NCBI GenBank assembly: GCA_034530875.2
Contig: JAVRCJ020000014.1
Coordinates: 141,189-205,188, forward strand
Direction: 5' to 3'
DNA: 64,000 bases
Source of the DNA: Nostoc sp. DedSLP01
Lineage (GTDB): Bacteria; Cyanobacteriota; Cyanobacteriia; Cyanobacteriales; Nostocaceae
Under the pieces are notes generated by a model, which was not told the origin of the DNA, searched no databases, and saw only the letters and a list, made by a program, of their open reading frames with translations. Below are positions 49,718 to 60,802 of this stretch, in pieces (position 1 is the first letter of the stretch; each line of letters opens with the position of its first letter). Position numbers and translations under genes: made by a program.

Positions 49718-51360
49718 TAGATGCTGATGCTATTGGTAACAAGCCTGGGTTTGAGATAGTTATACTTGATTAAACGACTCTTGTTATTTAATTCAATTTT
49801 TCGCTCTACCTCGTTTAAATCTTGCTGGAATGTAACTAAAAGATTCTGAGCCTGTGGGTCAGCAAATTTATCGTCATAGTAGCCTAATCTGTCATAACGG
49901 TAAGCTGACAGAATGAATAAAATTGACAATTGGTCGCCAGTTTGTTTTGGCGGTGGCAGAAATGATAATAAACTTTTGCTGTCAGCAATAGTACCTTCTG
50001 TTGTCATTTGTTTATAACCAGCAAGGGGCATATTCGGCATGAAGGTCATATATTCATATTGTGGGTAGTTAACAGCAGCGTGTTGCGGCCCGCAGGTGAA
50101 AATTACCGCTGTAGCAATGTCAATTAATTGTTCTAATTTTTCAATGCGATCGGGAACGCCTTTAACTCGTCCGCCTGATTGCGAAACTAACTCCTGCGCC
50201 CAAGCTTGCAATTCAAAGTCTGCTGTCAAATCTTGAGGAGTTTTGTAGTATAACTTCAAGTATTCAGACACAAACTTTTTAATGGCATTCCACAATAACA
50301 TTCCATCATCTCGATAGGGATAATGAGGTAAGTTATCTGGATTGTCCACGCCACGATTTTTGACTTCAGTCGGTAAGGCAAATCGATCTAAACTCCATTC
50401 TTTATAAGCATTGACGACAATTTGCAACGATTCTTGGAGAGTTCCGGCTAGCAATTCATCAACAGGCCCGCCCCTATTTACTAAGCGCTTGCGACCCAAG
50501 TCATTATTAGCCAACATGAAGCGGAAGTGGGGTTTTAGTAACAAATTGACAGGATGATTATCAGCTAATTGACGGGCTGTAACAATGGCGAAAGGTTCCA
50601 TAACAAAATGAGTTCGGCAAAGATGGGTACTCATTTCATGATGGTTAGCATCGGCAATTTGAACGCATAGTTTGGCATAAAACCAAGTTAAAGAATTGTC
50701 AAAGGGTGTAATTAATTTGCTTTGTTTGCCGAGTGCGGGATTGAGTTGAATGGCAATCGGAACAAGTTGACCGCGATCGCTAAAACCAGAACTACGCCAA
50801 CAGAAAAAAGCTAAGGGCGTTGGTAAATACTTTTTACCTCTTTCATAAGTACCGCCTTGAACGAATGAAAACGGTCTGTAATCGGTTACATATAAATTTC
50901 CGGTTGCAAGTTTTTCTACTAAATTGATAGATTCACCAAACTTTTCTTGTAGTTCTTGGATGCTAAACTCAAAGCCTAAGGGCATCTCTTTAATTTGGCG
51001 TAAAACCATAGGATTTACCCCACACAGCCGTTGTTCGCAAAAAGAATCATCAGTTTGGTATGTCTTGATAACATTAGGTTTAGGCAAGACTGGAAAATAG
51101 TCTTCATAGTCTTGTAATTCGTCTAAAGGATCCCATAAAGAACGGGTTTTAACAGCCAACATATTGATAGGAAGCTCTGCCGTATCTACTGTACGTTCGG
51201 CAATATACCTTGTAGAAAAATTCTCGACAGCAGGTACATCTTTGAGCATCGCCATTGGCGGTAAAAATTCGTGGTCAAATTCATATTCTTCTTGCTTGCG
51301 CTGTAATGAAGATTGGCGTTTTGCAGGATCGGGATCGTTTTGAGGAAGGTATGGTTTCAT
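49717..51360 (-). CDS. Lipoxygenase (bacterial type, no PLAT domain)
   Basis: HEMSTHLCRTH and HAAVN iron ligands, C-terminal NSISI, QRLCGVNP, YPYRDDG. Confidence 0.95.
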   Translation of the reverse strand: MKPYLPQNDPDPAKRQSSLQRKQEEYEFDHEFLPPMAMLKDVPAVENFSTRYIAERTVDTAELPINMLAVKTRSLWDPLDELQDYEDYFPVLPKPNVIKTYQTDDSFCEQRLCGVNPMVLRQIKEMPLGFEFSIQELQEKFGESINLVEKLATGNLYVTDYRPFSFVQGGTYERGKKYLPTPLAFFCWRSSGFSDRGQLVPIAIQLNPALGKQSKLITPFDNSLTWFYAKLCVQIADANHHEMSTHLCRTHFVMEPFAIVTARQLADNHPVNLLLKPHFRFMLANNDLGRKRLVNRGGPVDELLAGTLQESLQIVVNAYKEWSLDRFALPTEVKNRGVDNPDNLPHYPYRDDGMLLWNAIKKFVSEYLKLYYKTPQDLTADFELQAWAQELVSQSGGRVKGVPDRIEKLEQLIDIATAVIFTCGPQHAAVNYPQYEYMTFMPNMPLAGYKQMTTEGTIADSKSLLSFLPPPKQTGDQLSILFILSAYRYDRLGYYDDKFADPQAQNLLVTFQQDLNEVERKIELNNKSRLIKYNYLKPRLVTNSISI

Positions 51361-51465
51361 AACTTTTGATACTAGTTTAAATTAAGCACAATTATAAGCG
51401 AACTAACTAGAGAAAACCTAGTTAATTAACTTAGTAAGCTTGTTATTGAATTTGATAAACAGTTA

Positions 51466-51505
51466 TTGCCCTTTAAAAGTACTTACACATACTTTTAAAA
51501 GGCAA
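51466..51505. promoter_or_regulatory. Long imperfect palindrome upstream of the lipoxygenase gene; possible operator or hairpin
   Basis: TTGCCCTTTAAAAGTA-N8-TACTTTTAAAAGGCAA. Confidence 0.4.
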
Positions 51506-52173
51506 CTATGTTATAAATCATCTAATACAACTTTCAAGCAATACTAAAAGTTAATAAAATTGTAACAATTGATAATTTCTAATTTAGAACGATAATAAAT
51601 TTAAACTTAAACCTTTTATAGAATCTATTTTGATTTTTGAAGTTATTGCGATAGCAAGGAATAGGTAGAGACGCAATTAATCCTTTTATCTACAGGAGGA
51701 GGAAATACAGAATCTCCTTTTTCGATTTTAGATCGAGTTTTTTGTACAGTTTAATAGAAGTCTATATAAGTTAATAACTTCAAGCTAATTATTAACTTGT
51801 GTACCAAATTTTTCTAAACTATGAATTATTACATGCTGGGCTGTCTGCACTAAAGTCTGTCTGTAAATTTTAAAATCTCAAGTTTGAAACTGTTAATTAT
51901 CAATCAGGGTTATCGATCGCTTTTATGCAGAGTATCTATTTGCGGAAAAACTATTTACTTATACTAAAATCCTAGCTGTAAAAATGACATGGTTGAGGAT
52001 TTGCAAGGATACGTAAAGAGGGAACCTCCGCACCCTCTGGGATAATTGCTACAGACTTTTTTCCTTGTCCCTCTTCCCAATCCACAGTAGGCATTTGCAG
52101 AGTAAACCTGTAGGTAGTAGCAAACATCGCGTCATAATGAAGAAAAATTAAGCAAATTCTGAAAAAACTCTCA

Positions 52174-52839
52174 ATGAGCCAGACTAGCCTCAATTTAGTT
52201 GCAATATCTATCTTTCTGATGACGCTATCGGCACTGCTGGGGCCATTGTTCAACTTATCGCCAACAGTACCGGCGCTTGCTACCTTCGCTATTTTGGGAA
52301 TAGCGACTTTTGACAGTTTTAGCTTGCAGGGCAAGGGCGGTACAATCTTTTTAGATTGGATTGCTGGTTTTAAGAGCGAACACCGCGATCGCATTATTCA
52401 CCACGAAGCAGGACATTTCTTAGTTGCTCACGTACTAGGTATTCCCGTTACCGGCTACACTCTCAGCGCTTGGGAAGCCTGGAGACAAGGACAAGGCGGA
52501 CAAGGCGGCGTTACCTTTGATGATGCGGAATTAGCATCTCAGTTAGAAAAGGGTAAAATCAGTGCCCAAATGCTAGACCGCTACTGCACTGTTTGGATGG
52601 CGGGTATTGCTGCCGAAACCCTAGTTTTTAATAATGCTGAGGGTGGAAGTGATGATAAAAATAAATTGCTTAAAGTCTTGACAATTTTAGGGTTTTCTGA
52701 ATCAGCTTACCAACAAAAAATGCGGTTTCATGCCCTGCAAGCAAAAACCCTGCTGCAAGAAAATTGGTCTAGCTACGAGGCTTTAGTTAATGCTATGCGA
52801 CAACGCAGTTCGGTTGAGGATTGTCGCGCTCAGTTGTAA
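52174..52839 (+). CDS. Membrane peptidase M41-like zinc protease lacking the AAA domain
   Basis: Two TM helices; HEAGH, MAGIAAE and GGSDD motifs as in the FtsH protease domain. Confidence 0.82.
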   Translation: MSQTSLNLVAISIFLMTLSALLGPLFNLSPTVPALATFAILGIATFDSFSLQGKGGTIFLDWIAGFKSEHRDRIIHHEAGHFLVAHVLGIPVTGYTLSAWEAWRQGQGGQGGVTFDDAELASQLEKGKISAQMLDRYCTVWMAGIAAETLVFNNAEGGSDDKNKLLKVLTILGFSESAYQQKMRFHALQAKTLLQENWSSYEALVNAMRQRSSVEDCRAQL

Positions 52840-52987
52840 GTGGGGAGTAGATAGAGACGCGATTAATCGCCTCTGTACTCCATACAGAAATGCAAAGATG
52901 GGGAGATGGGGAGCGTGGGAGAATTATCAAAAAGCTTCTTACCTTCCCATTCACTACTTACCACTCCCTATTCCCCCATTGCCTTTT

Positions 52988-54013
52988 TCAGGAAGAAACT
53001 GCTTTTAAATGTGGAACGTGAGATAAGTGTTTAGAGCTAATAACGCGATTACGACCGGTAGTTTTAGCTTGTAATAAGCATCTATCGGCACGGTCGATAA
53101 GGCTTTCTCCTTTTTCGTCATCGTCGATTTCTAGACAAGCTGTACCTAAGCTAATAGTGATATTAATTGTAAGTTTATTATTAATGGTAAATGGTTCTTC
53201 GCTAACTACACGATTGAGGCGACGGGCGACAATTAGTGCTTCCTCACCTGTAGTATTAGCCAGAACAATTACAAATTCTTCACCACCATAGCGAAATGCA
53301 GTGTCTTGAAAACGTAGATTTTGTCGTAGACGCTGACACAACAATTGTAAAAGGCGATCGCCAGCCAAATGTCCGTAATTATCGTTAACTTTTTTGAAAT
53401 AATCTACATCCAGAATAATCAAGCTTAAGGAGGTTTTCTGAGTTCTAGCTTTTTGAATTTGTCTGGGTAAATCCCATTCTAAAGCACGACGATTATTTAA
53501 TTCTGTTAATGAATCAGCTAAGGCGATCGCTGATAATAAATCATTTGTGCGAATTAAATCTCTATATTTTTGGGCTTTCCGGAAACCAACAGTCAATTGA
53601 GCCAGTATTAGGCTATGATTAGCCGCCAATTCTGCTAAACTAAACTCTGTTGTTTCGTCCATCGGATGCCAAATATACGCATCAGCTCCTTGCTTTAACA
53701 TTACAGCAGTCATTTCTAATTCTTGCTGCCAACCATACTTCTTTCTATCAATTAGCTGTTGCAGACGATCCTCGAAGAGAATACAGTATATCCACGATAA
53801 CTTTGTCTGGTCTTTCAACCAATTGCACAATTCCATACTGCCATCGAGGCTAGCCTGTACAAGTAGGATATCTGGGGGTGTCATTTGGATGTAGGACACC
53901 GCCTGATTTAGATTGTCGGTAACTTCTACATTACAAGCGATCGCATAACGTATCTGATCTGGAAGTGTGTTCCGAAAATTTTTATTTCCAAAGACCAAAA
54001 TGGAAATATTCAT
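52988..54013 (-). CDS. Diguanylate cyclase with degenerate receiver domain
   Basis: D.LTELNNRR, DVDYFKKVND.YGH, RFQD I-site, RYGGEEF; receiver phospho-Asp position appears to be Gln (PDILLVQ). Confidence 0.9.
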   Translation of the reverse strand: MNISILVFGNKNFRNTLPDQIRYAIACNVEVTDNLNQAVSYIQMTPPDILLVQASLDGSMELCNWLKDQTKLSWIYCILFEDRLQQLIDRKKYGWQQELEMTAVMLKQGADAYIWHPMDETTEFSLAELAANHSLILAQLTVGFRKAQKYRDLIRTNDLLSAIALADSLTELNNRRALEWDLPRQIQKARTQKTSLSLIILDVDYFKKVNDNYGHLAGDRLLQLLCQRLRQNLRFQDTAFRYGGEEFVIVLANTTGEEALIVARRLNRVVSEEPFTINNKLTINITISLGTACLEIDDDEKGESLIDRADRCLLQAKTTGRNRVISSKHLSHVPHLKAVSS

Positions 54014-55146
54014 TGCTTTTCTACAGGGGTTAAACTTGAAGGAGATTAAAGTACTAGACTGATTGCTTGTGTTGGCTAATTAATAATAAATTTACCGAAT
54101 TGGGCAAAAATAAAAATTCAAAAATAATAAATCAGAATGCTTCCCAGCCTATAACTTTAATTTTGGGAAACTTATTTTTAATTTCTACTTTTATCTTTTT
54201 ACTTTCTAACTTTCCTTACGGCTCATTTATGTTTCTTGTTATACGTTTTTTTAACGCTTAATTTAAAAAACGTTCTTATTTTTAATCTCCTCTTAATAGT
54301 TTCTATTTCTCACTCCAGTTTCAGAAACTTATATTTATACTCTCTAATGTCTTCTTTACGGTTTTTTTTTGAAACAGTAAAAATACGGAATATTTTATAA
54401 GTCTATATAAGAATTACTAGAGGTTCTTAAGTGTTATTTACCTGAGGTAATTACGAGAATAAATACTTTTTGAAAATCTTATCTATCCCAGCAAAATTGC
54501 TGAAAAAGTCAAAGATAAAATTTTTATAAAATTTTTAATTACACCGTAAAAACCGAAGTCTCATCAACATTAGAAATATTCGCTAACTCAAGCAAATTCA
54601 ACTTAATACCTTTGTTTAAATATCACTCGTCAAAAGAGATAGGGTTTGACTTGCCATAGAAAGCTTTGATAACCTGGTTCGGAGTTTAGCTCTGTTTTAT
54701 ATTGTTGCAATTTGACTTATTTAGTTTTTTTATCATCTGAGTCTTTCTCTGGAGAGACTAGGCTTTGCTTGTTTATTAGTAAAAGAGTGGGCTAAAAAAA
54801 GGCCAATAAAATACCACAAAATTACCTCCCAATAAGAGAAATTTTTGCATGTGGTAACTCACCTTAAAACAACAGAGTAGATAAGGTAAGGATCGCTATT
54901 GACAGCAGAATTTAGAATTCAGAAGATCGGAATTCTCAATGGGCTATGCCCCGCTGCACTAATTAATATTGGTTTACTTAATTCACATTTTTAATTTGTG
55001 AAAAGTACCATCGATGGACAAAAAAAAGTTGATAAAAAACCAGATGTGAAAACGTACCCCTAATTTGGGGAAAGGAAACAAAAAGATTGTGTTAGCGTAA
55101 CCTAAAATATTAAGATGTCAACTTTTGTAAAAAGTTAGATTCGGAT

Positions 55147-55347
55147 TTAGTAGCCTTCGACAGTGTAACCAGCGGCAACAATTACCTGCTTGATTGACTC
55201 TTCAGAAGCTGCGGACTCGACAGTAACGGTTTTAGCGTTAACATCGACATTCACCTTGGCGTCAGGTTCCATAACGTGAATTGATTCTGTAATTGTTTCT
55301 GCACACCCCTCACAAGCAATATTTGATACCTTCAGTTTTAGTGCCAT
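55147..55347 (-). CDS. Heavy-metal-associated domain protein (CopZ/Atx1-like)
   Basis: IACEGC CxxC motif, AGY C-terminal motif, 66 aa, GAGG RBS. Confidence 0.88.
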   Translation of the reverse strand: MALKLKVSNIACEGCAETITESIHVMEPDAKVNVDVNAKTVTVESAASEESIKQVIVAAGYTVEGY

Positions 55348-56106
55348 TTTTTACCTCTGAGTAGAGTTTTTAAATCATTTCTTAAGGATTAATTTAAACT
55401 ATCGCTTGCCATGCCACATCTGACTAGAGTTAGGCGATCGCTTCAAAGCATCATAATTGCTGTATTTCATTTCCTGAAAGTACAGTTAGCTGTCTGCAAG
55501 ATGAAGCCAAATACAAAAAATATATGATGCCGCTTCTGAAAATACACCTAGAGATAGAGGGCAAACCCCAAAAATAAATCACTTTTTAATTTTAAATGAA
55601 AACATACCACTCTGGGTAGAGGCTTAAGTGATTTTAAATTTTGTATAAGTTCCGCCTTAATGCAGCCAAAATACGTAGATTCCGTTTAAGTGATAATACG
55701 GTTACAATAGTTAGATATAGCCTTGTAAAGGAGGTAAGTACTGAGATAATCTCAAATCTCAAATCTCAAATCGGCAAAGCCAAAATTCAAAAACCCTATA
55801 AGGGAGGCTTTATCATGGATTTTATAGCCAAGTAGCTGCTTAGAGTAGGTACGATCGCTCTATTTTGGCCATGCTTAAAGCGTGCAGGGAAGCTTGAAGA
55901 AGGCAGAAGGCTTTTATGTTCAATTTAGAAGGGGATTCAAACACCTCCTAAATTGAGTCCACCAAATTGAAAATTTGGTGGGGGTCTTAAACCCTTGCCC
56001 TTTGGTCACGGACAGAGGGCAGAAAACAGTATTCCTTCTGCCTCCTGCCTTCTGCCCTCTGCCTTTCTTGATAAAATCAAAAGTTCAAAGAAAGTTAAAA
56101 ACTCCC

Positions 56107-58749
56107 ATGTCCTCAAATCCCCAACAACTCAGCGGTAACGAAATTCGCCAAATATTTCTTGACTTCTTTGCCCAACGGGGTCACCAAATTCTGCCCAGTG
56201 CCTCCCTCGTGCCAGAAGACCCAACCGTGCTGCTGACGATCGCGGGGATGCTACCATTTAAGCCAATATTCCTGGGACAGCGCACTCCAGAATTTAAGCG
56301 GGCTACGACTTCCCAAAAGTGTATCCGCACCAACGATATCGAAAATGTGGGCCGCACTAAACGCCATCACACGTTCTTTGAAATGCTGGGTAACTTCAGC
56401 TTTGGTGATTATTTTAAAGAACAAGCGATCGCTTGGGGTTGGGAAATCTCCACCAAAGTTTTTGGCTTTTCTCCTCAAAACCTCGTCGTCAGTGTTTTTG
56501 AAGATGATGACGAAGCTTTTAATATCTGGCGCGATCGCATTGGTGTGCCAGAAGCGAGAATTAAGCGTATGGGTGCAGATGATAATTTTTGGGTGTCCGG
56601 CCCCACCGGCCCTTGCGGCCCTTGTTCTGAGATTTATTACGATTTCCACCCAGAACGCGGCGATGAAAATATAGATTTAGAAGACGATACGCGGTTTATC
56701 GAGTTCTATAATCTCGTGTTCATGCAATATAACCGCGATGCTACTGGCAATTTAACACCACTGCAAAACAAAAACATCGACACCGGCATGGGTTTGGAAA
56801 GAATGGCGCAAATTCTCCAAAACGTGCCGAATAATTACGAAACTGACCTGATTTTCCCGATTATTCAAACAGCAGCCAAAATTGCTGGCATTGATTACCA
56901 CAGCAGCGATGAAAATACCAAAGTCTCGCTAAAAGTCATTGGAGATCACGTCCGGGCTGTCGTCCACATGATTGCGGATGAAATCCGCGCCTCCAACGTC
57001 GGACGGGGTTATGTCCTGCGGCGATTAATTCGGCGGGTGGTGCGTCATGGGCGATTAATTGGGATTAGTGGTGAATTTATTACCCAAGTTGCCGAAACTG
57101 CGATCGCTCTTTCAGAATCAGCTTACCCCAACGTGCGGCAACGTGAAGCAGCAATTAAAGCTGAGTTGCAACGCGAAGAATCTAATTTCTTGAAAACTCT
57201 CGATAGAGGGGAAAAACTGCTAGAAGAAATTATCCAAGAGGTGAAACAGCAAGGTAAAACCTCTATTAGTGGTGAAAGCGCCTTTACTTTATATGACACT
57301 TATGGTTTTCCTGTAGAACTCACTCAAGAAATTGCGGCTGAAAACAATCTCATAGTTGATGAGGCAGAATTTGAAGCCCAAATGGAAAAGCAGAGACAAC
57401 GCGGTAGAGATGCACATGAAAATATCGATTTAACCGTCCAAGGTTCCCTCGACAAATTAGCAGAACACATCCACGCCACCGAGTTCTTAGGCTACACCCA
57501 ACCGACGGCGACGGCGAAAGTCGAAGCAATTTTGGTCGAAGGCTTTTCCCAAGAAGCAGCAGAAGCCGGAACGCAAATACAAATTGTTCTTGACAAAACG
57601 CCATTTTATGCTGAGTCAGGGGGACAAATTGGCGATCGCGGTTATATCTTGGGTGATGGAATCGTGATTCGCGTGGAAGATGTGAAAAAAGAATCCGATT
57701 TCTTTGTTCACTTCGGACGCATCGAACGCGGTACGCTACGTGTAGGAGATGCGGTTACAGCTCAAATCGATGCGGCTTGTCGGCGTCGCGCCCAAGCTAA
57801 CCACACTGCAACCCATTTACTACAAGCAGCGTTGAAGAAAATTGTCGATGATGGCATCTCGCAAGCCGGTTCTCTGGTTTCCTTTGACAGATTGCGCTTT
57901 GACTTTAACTGTCCCCGTGCTTTAACAGCAGAAGAAGTCCAACAAATTGAAGAACAGGTAAACACTTGGATTGCCCAGGCCCATAGCGCCAAAGTAGAAG
58001 TATTACCTTTAGCCGAAGCCAAAGCTAGGGGTGCAGTTGCCATGTTCGGCGAAAAATACGGCGAAGAAGTGCGAGTAATCGACTTTCCTAGCGTATCAAT
58101 GGAACTGTGCGGTGGCACGCATGTTAGTAATACTGCTGAGATTGGCGTCTTTAAGATTATTTCCGAGGCGGGAGTTGCTTCTGGAGTGCGGCGCATTGAA
58201 GCAGTTTCGGGGCCTGCGGTGTTGGATTATCTCAACGTGCGGGATAAAGTAGTTAAAGATTTGAGCGATCGCTTTAAAGTTAAACCCGAAGAATTACCAG
58301 ACAGAATCACCAGTCTGCAAACTGAACTGAGAACAGCCGAAAAGCAATTAGAATCTTTGAAAGGACAGTTAGCGATCGCTAAATCTGACAGCTTGCTACA
58401 AACAGCCGAAATTGTCGGCGATGCTAAAATTATCGTCGCCCAATTAGACGACGTTGACCCCGAATCATTGAAAACCGCAGCCGAACGTTTATTGCAAAAA
58501 ATCGGTAACGGTGCAATAGTACTGGGTTCTGTTCCCGAAGCTGGAAAAGTTAGTATAGTTGCGGCTTTCAGTCCAGAAGTTAACAAAAAAGGATTGCAAG
58601 CTGGTAAATTTGTAGGTGCGATCGCTAAAATCTGCGGTGGCGGCGGCGGTGGCAGACCAAACTTAGCCCAAGCCGGCGGTAGAGATGCAAGTAAATTACC
58701 AGAGGCTTTGGCACAAGCGAAATCTGAATTAATTACTGGGTTAGGTTAA
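56107..58749 (+). CDS. alaS: Alanine--tRNA ligase
   Basis: [59 protein letters not shown]. Confidence 0.98.
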   Translation: MSSNPQQLSGNEIRQIFLDFFAQRGHQILPSASLVPEDPTVLLTIAGMLPFKPIFLGQRTPEFKRATTSQKCIRTNDIENVGRTKRHHTFFEMLGNFSFGDYFKEQAIAWGWEISTKVFGFSPQNLVVSVFEDDDEAFNIWRDRIGVPEARIKRMGADDNFWVSGPTGPCGPCSEIYYDFHPERGDENIDLEDDTRFIEFYNLVFMQYNRDATGNLTPLQNKNIDTGMGLERMAQILQNVPNNYETDLIFPIIQTAAKIAGIDYHSSDENTKVSLKVIGDHVRAVVHMIADEIRASNVGRGYVLRRLIRRVVRHGRLIGISGEFITQVAETAIALSESAYPNVRQREAAIKAELQREESNFLKTLDRGEKLLEEIIQEVKQQGKTSISGESAFTLYDTYGFPVELTQEIAAENNLIVDEAEFEAQMEKQRQRGRDAHENIDLTVQGSLDKLAEHIHATEFLGYTQPTATAKVEAILVEGFSQEAAEAGTQIQIVLDKTPFYAESGGQIGDRGYILGDGIVIRVEDVKKESDFFVHFGRIERGTLRVGDAVTAQIDAACRRRAQANHTATHLLQAALKKIVDDGISQAGSLVSFDRLRFDFNCPRALTAEEVQQIEEQVNTWIAQAHSAKVEVLPLAEAKARGAVAMFGEKYGEEVRVIDFPSVSMELCGGTHVSNTAEIGVFKIISEAGVASGVRRIEAVSGPAVLDYLNVRDKVVKDLSDRFKVKPEELPDRITSLQTELRTAEKQLESLKGQLAIAKSDSLLQTAEIVGDAKIIVAQLDDVDPESLKTAAERLLQKIGNGAIVLGSVPEAGKVSIVAAFSPEVNKKGLQAGKFVGAIAKICGGGGGGRPNLAQAGGRDASKLPEALAQAKSELITGLG

Positions 58750-58757
58750 TTTCTTGT

Positions 58758-58829
58758 AAGGCAGGCATCTTGCCTGCCTTGAATATCTTAATCAAATGGT
58801 AGGTTATTTATATACTTAACCTACCATTT
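58758..58829 (+). terminator. Two hairpins downstream of alaS
   Basis: AAGGCAGGCA-TCT-TGCCTGCCTT and AAATGGTAGGTTA...TAACCTACCATTT followed by a T-rich tract. Confidence 0.6.
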
Positions 58830-58902
58830 ATTTTCCCTAAATTTTAAATTTATAATTTTCCTCTCTATAATAAATTAATTTCATCAGTTGAATTTTACCA
58901 GC

Positions 58903-60354
58903 ATGGCAAATAAAATTCATCTTAATAAACTTGCAGACGGAGTTATAGCTTGGAATGACTGGCGAACAGCAAATCCAAATATAAATGTGGATCTTAGTGA
59001 AGTCGATTTGGTTCATGAAGTATCTATAAGAAACACAAAAAAGGCTTGGAGGCTCCTTTCACCTTTCATATCTTTGTTGGTTACTCTTTTTCTAGTACAT
59101 ACTAATTTGACAGATAATTTAATATATCTTTTTGAACATAACCCATTATTTAAGATTAATGTATCTGCAACTACAGAGATTGCATTATATACAATAATCC
59201 GTTTATTTTTATTTTTTATCATTATGTGTACTGTATTTACAGGATTACAATTAATGTTTAATTATTCAAAAGGGAAGTTAAATTTAATAAATATTAATAT
59301 GAATAAAGTAAATTTATCTGGAACAGATTTAAGAGGAGTTGATTTAAGATATGCTGATTTAAGCTATGCAGATTTAAAAAATTCCAATTTGAGTTATCTA
59401 GAAGCAATTGGTACAGATTTCAATTATGCTAATTTTACTGGCTCTTGTATAGCAAATTGGAATATTGATTCTTCTACTAATCTAAATAATGTCAAATGTG
59501 ATTATATTTATTGTCACTTTAATTATGAACTAAATAAGTTTGACCAGCGTCGTCCTATAGACAAAAATAGTATTTTCGCACCTAATGAGTTTACAGAACG
59601 CATCAAAGTTTTTGAAAAAGCATTAGAAACGATTGACTTAACTTTTACAAATGGTATCGATTGGAAAGCATTTTTCCATTCGTTTAATGAATTACGCCAG
59701 CAATACCCTGAGCACAACATTGATATTCAAGGAATTGAACGTAAAAATGACACGTTAATTGTTCGACTAGATGTGAATATTGAATCAAGTCTCAATACTG
59801 ATGTAATTAAAGGTGGTATTGAAAGTGGTTTCAAAGAATTTTATAAAACTAATGTTAAATTATTAGAAGCTCAATATAGGAGAGAACTTCAAGCGAAAGA
59901 TGATGAGATTATATTCTATCGTCAGCAAAGTACTAATCTAGTAGAAATCATTAGACAACAAGCAACAATACCTATTAATGTGGAGCATATTATTATGTCA
60001 GAAATCTACAATAATGACAATAAAGGAGCAAATATTGGTAATTTTGCTAACAAAAATGAAGATAACGCACGCCAGCAAGCAAATCAATACATTCATTTAT
60101 CTGAACAAAAGCAAACTCTTGCTGAAGCTGCTGCTGAAATCCAAAAACTCCTTAAACAGTTGCAACAAAAGAATCCCACAGCAACACAAGCTGAGCAAAT
60201 TGCTTATGTTAATGATGAAACTACTCCTAGCTGGAAGCGTCGCACTATTGGCGCATTGCAGGGACTTAGTGAAACTGCAATTGAAGAGTTTTTGGATAAT
60301 CCCTATATCAATATTGGTAAAGCCATTATTAAAGGCTGGCTTAAGCCAGATTAA
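58903..60354 (+). CDS. Pentapeptide repeat protein with two TM helices and a C-terminal helical region
   Basis: WNDWR N-terminal motif; xDLxx repeats; FTGSCIANWNID...C.Y; visibly AT-rich. Confidence 0.82.
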   Translation: MANKIHLNKLADGVIAWNDWRTANPNINVDLSEVDLVHEVSIRNTKKAWRLLSPFISLLVTLFLVHTNLTDNLIYLFEHNPLFKINVSATTEIALYTIIRLFLFFIIMCTVFTGLQLMFNYSKGKLNLININMNKVNLSGTDLRGVDLRYADLSYADLKNSNLSYLEAIGTDFNYANFTGSCIANWNIDSSTNLNNVKCDYIYCHFNYELNKFDQRRPIDKNSIFAPNEFTERIKVFEKALETIDLTFTNGIDWKAFFHSFNELRQQYPEHNIDIQGIERKNDTLIVRLDVNIESSLNTDVIKGGIESGFKEFYKTNVKLLEAQYRRELQAKDDEIIFYRQQSTNLVEIIRQQATIPINVEHIIMSEIYNNDNKGANIGNFANKNEDNARQQANQYIHLSEQKQTLAEAAAEIQKLLKQLQQKNPTATQAEQIAYVNDETTPSWKRRTIGALQGLSETAIEEFLDNPYINIGKAIIKGWLKPD

Positions 60355-60521
60355 ATAGCGATTCCTTAGGTAGGATGAAAAGTAGCGAAAGGAATATAAT
60401 CAATTGTTAAGGTAGTGCGATCGCTTCACTCAAAGTCCCACAAAACGGCTTGTCCTCAGACATCGTACTACAATTGAGTCGAGCAATGTACTATTCCCAT
60501 ACAGCAGACTAAACTACTTAG

Positions 60522-60734
60522 ATGCAAAGAGTCACAGTTGATGAGATCCAACGAGATCCTTTGAAATACCTGAATCAAGTTGAGGCGGGTGAAAGCTTTG
60601 TCATTGTCCAAGCAGATAAATTAATTGCCGAACTAAAACCAATTACAACTACAAACAAACAGTTAAGACCATTTGGTTTATGTGCAGGAGAATTTACGGT
60701 GCCTGATGATTTTGATGCACAAATCGGCGCTTAA
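60522..60734 (+). pseudogene. Phd/YefM-like antitoxin, apparently truncated at the C-terminus, with no cognate toxin gene
   Basis: YLNQVEAGESFVI.....IAELKP and RPFGL..GEF.VPDDFD; ends abruptly in AQIGA. Confidence 0.6.
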
Positions 60735-60802
60735 TCAGTTAGCGTCATTTAAAATAGGCGATGCTGTCACTTAACCCAATCTAGAACAAAGAGCGCTCGC
60801 AA

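Noticed and set aside
51972..52394. 140-aa minus-strand ORF or structured RNA upstream of the M41-like gene
   Set aside because: Half is antisense to a real gene and the rest contains a short palindromic repeat (AGAGGG...CCCTCT); the pairing is too weak to call an ncRNA.
55559..55620. c-di-GMP-I riboswitch suggested by GGGCAAACC
   Set aside because: The GAAA tetraloop stem and downstream GCAAAGC/P2 elements are absent.
55975..56106. 44-aa N-terminal extension of AlaS
   Set aside because: It translates hairpin and CTGCCTT repeat DNA; AlaRS similarity begins after ATG 56107.
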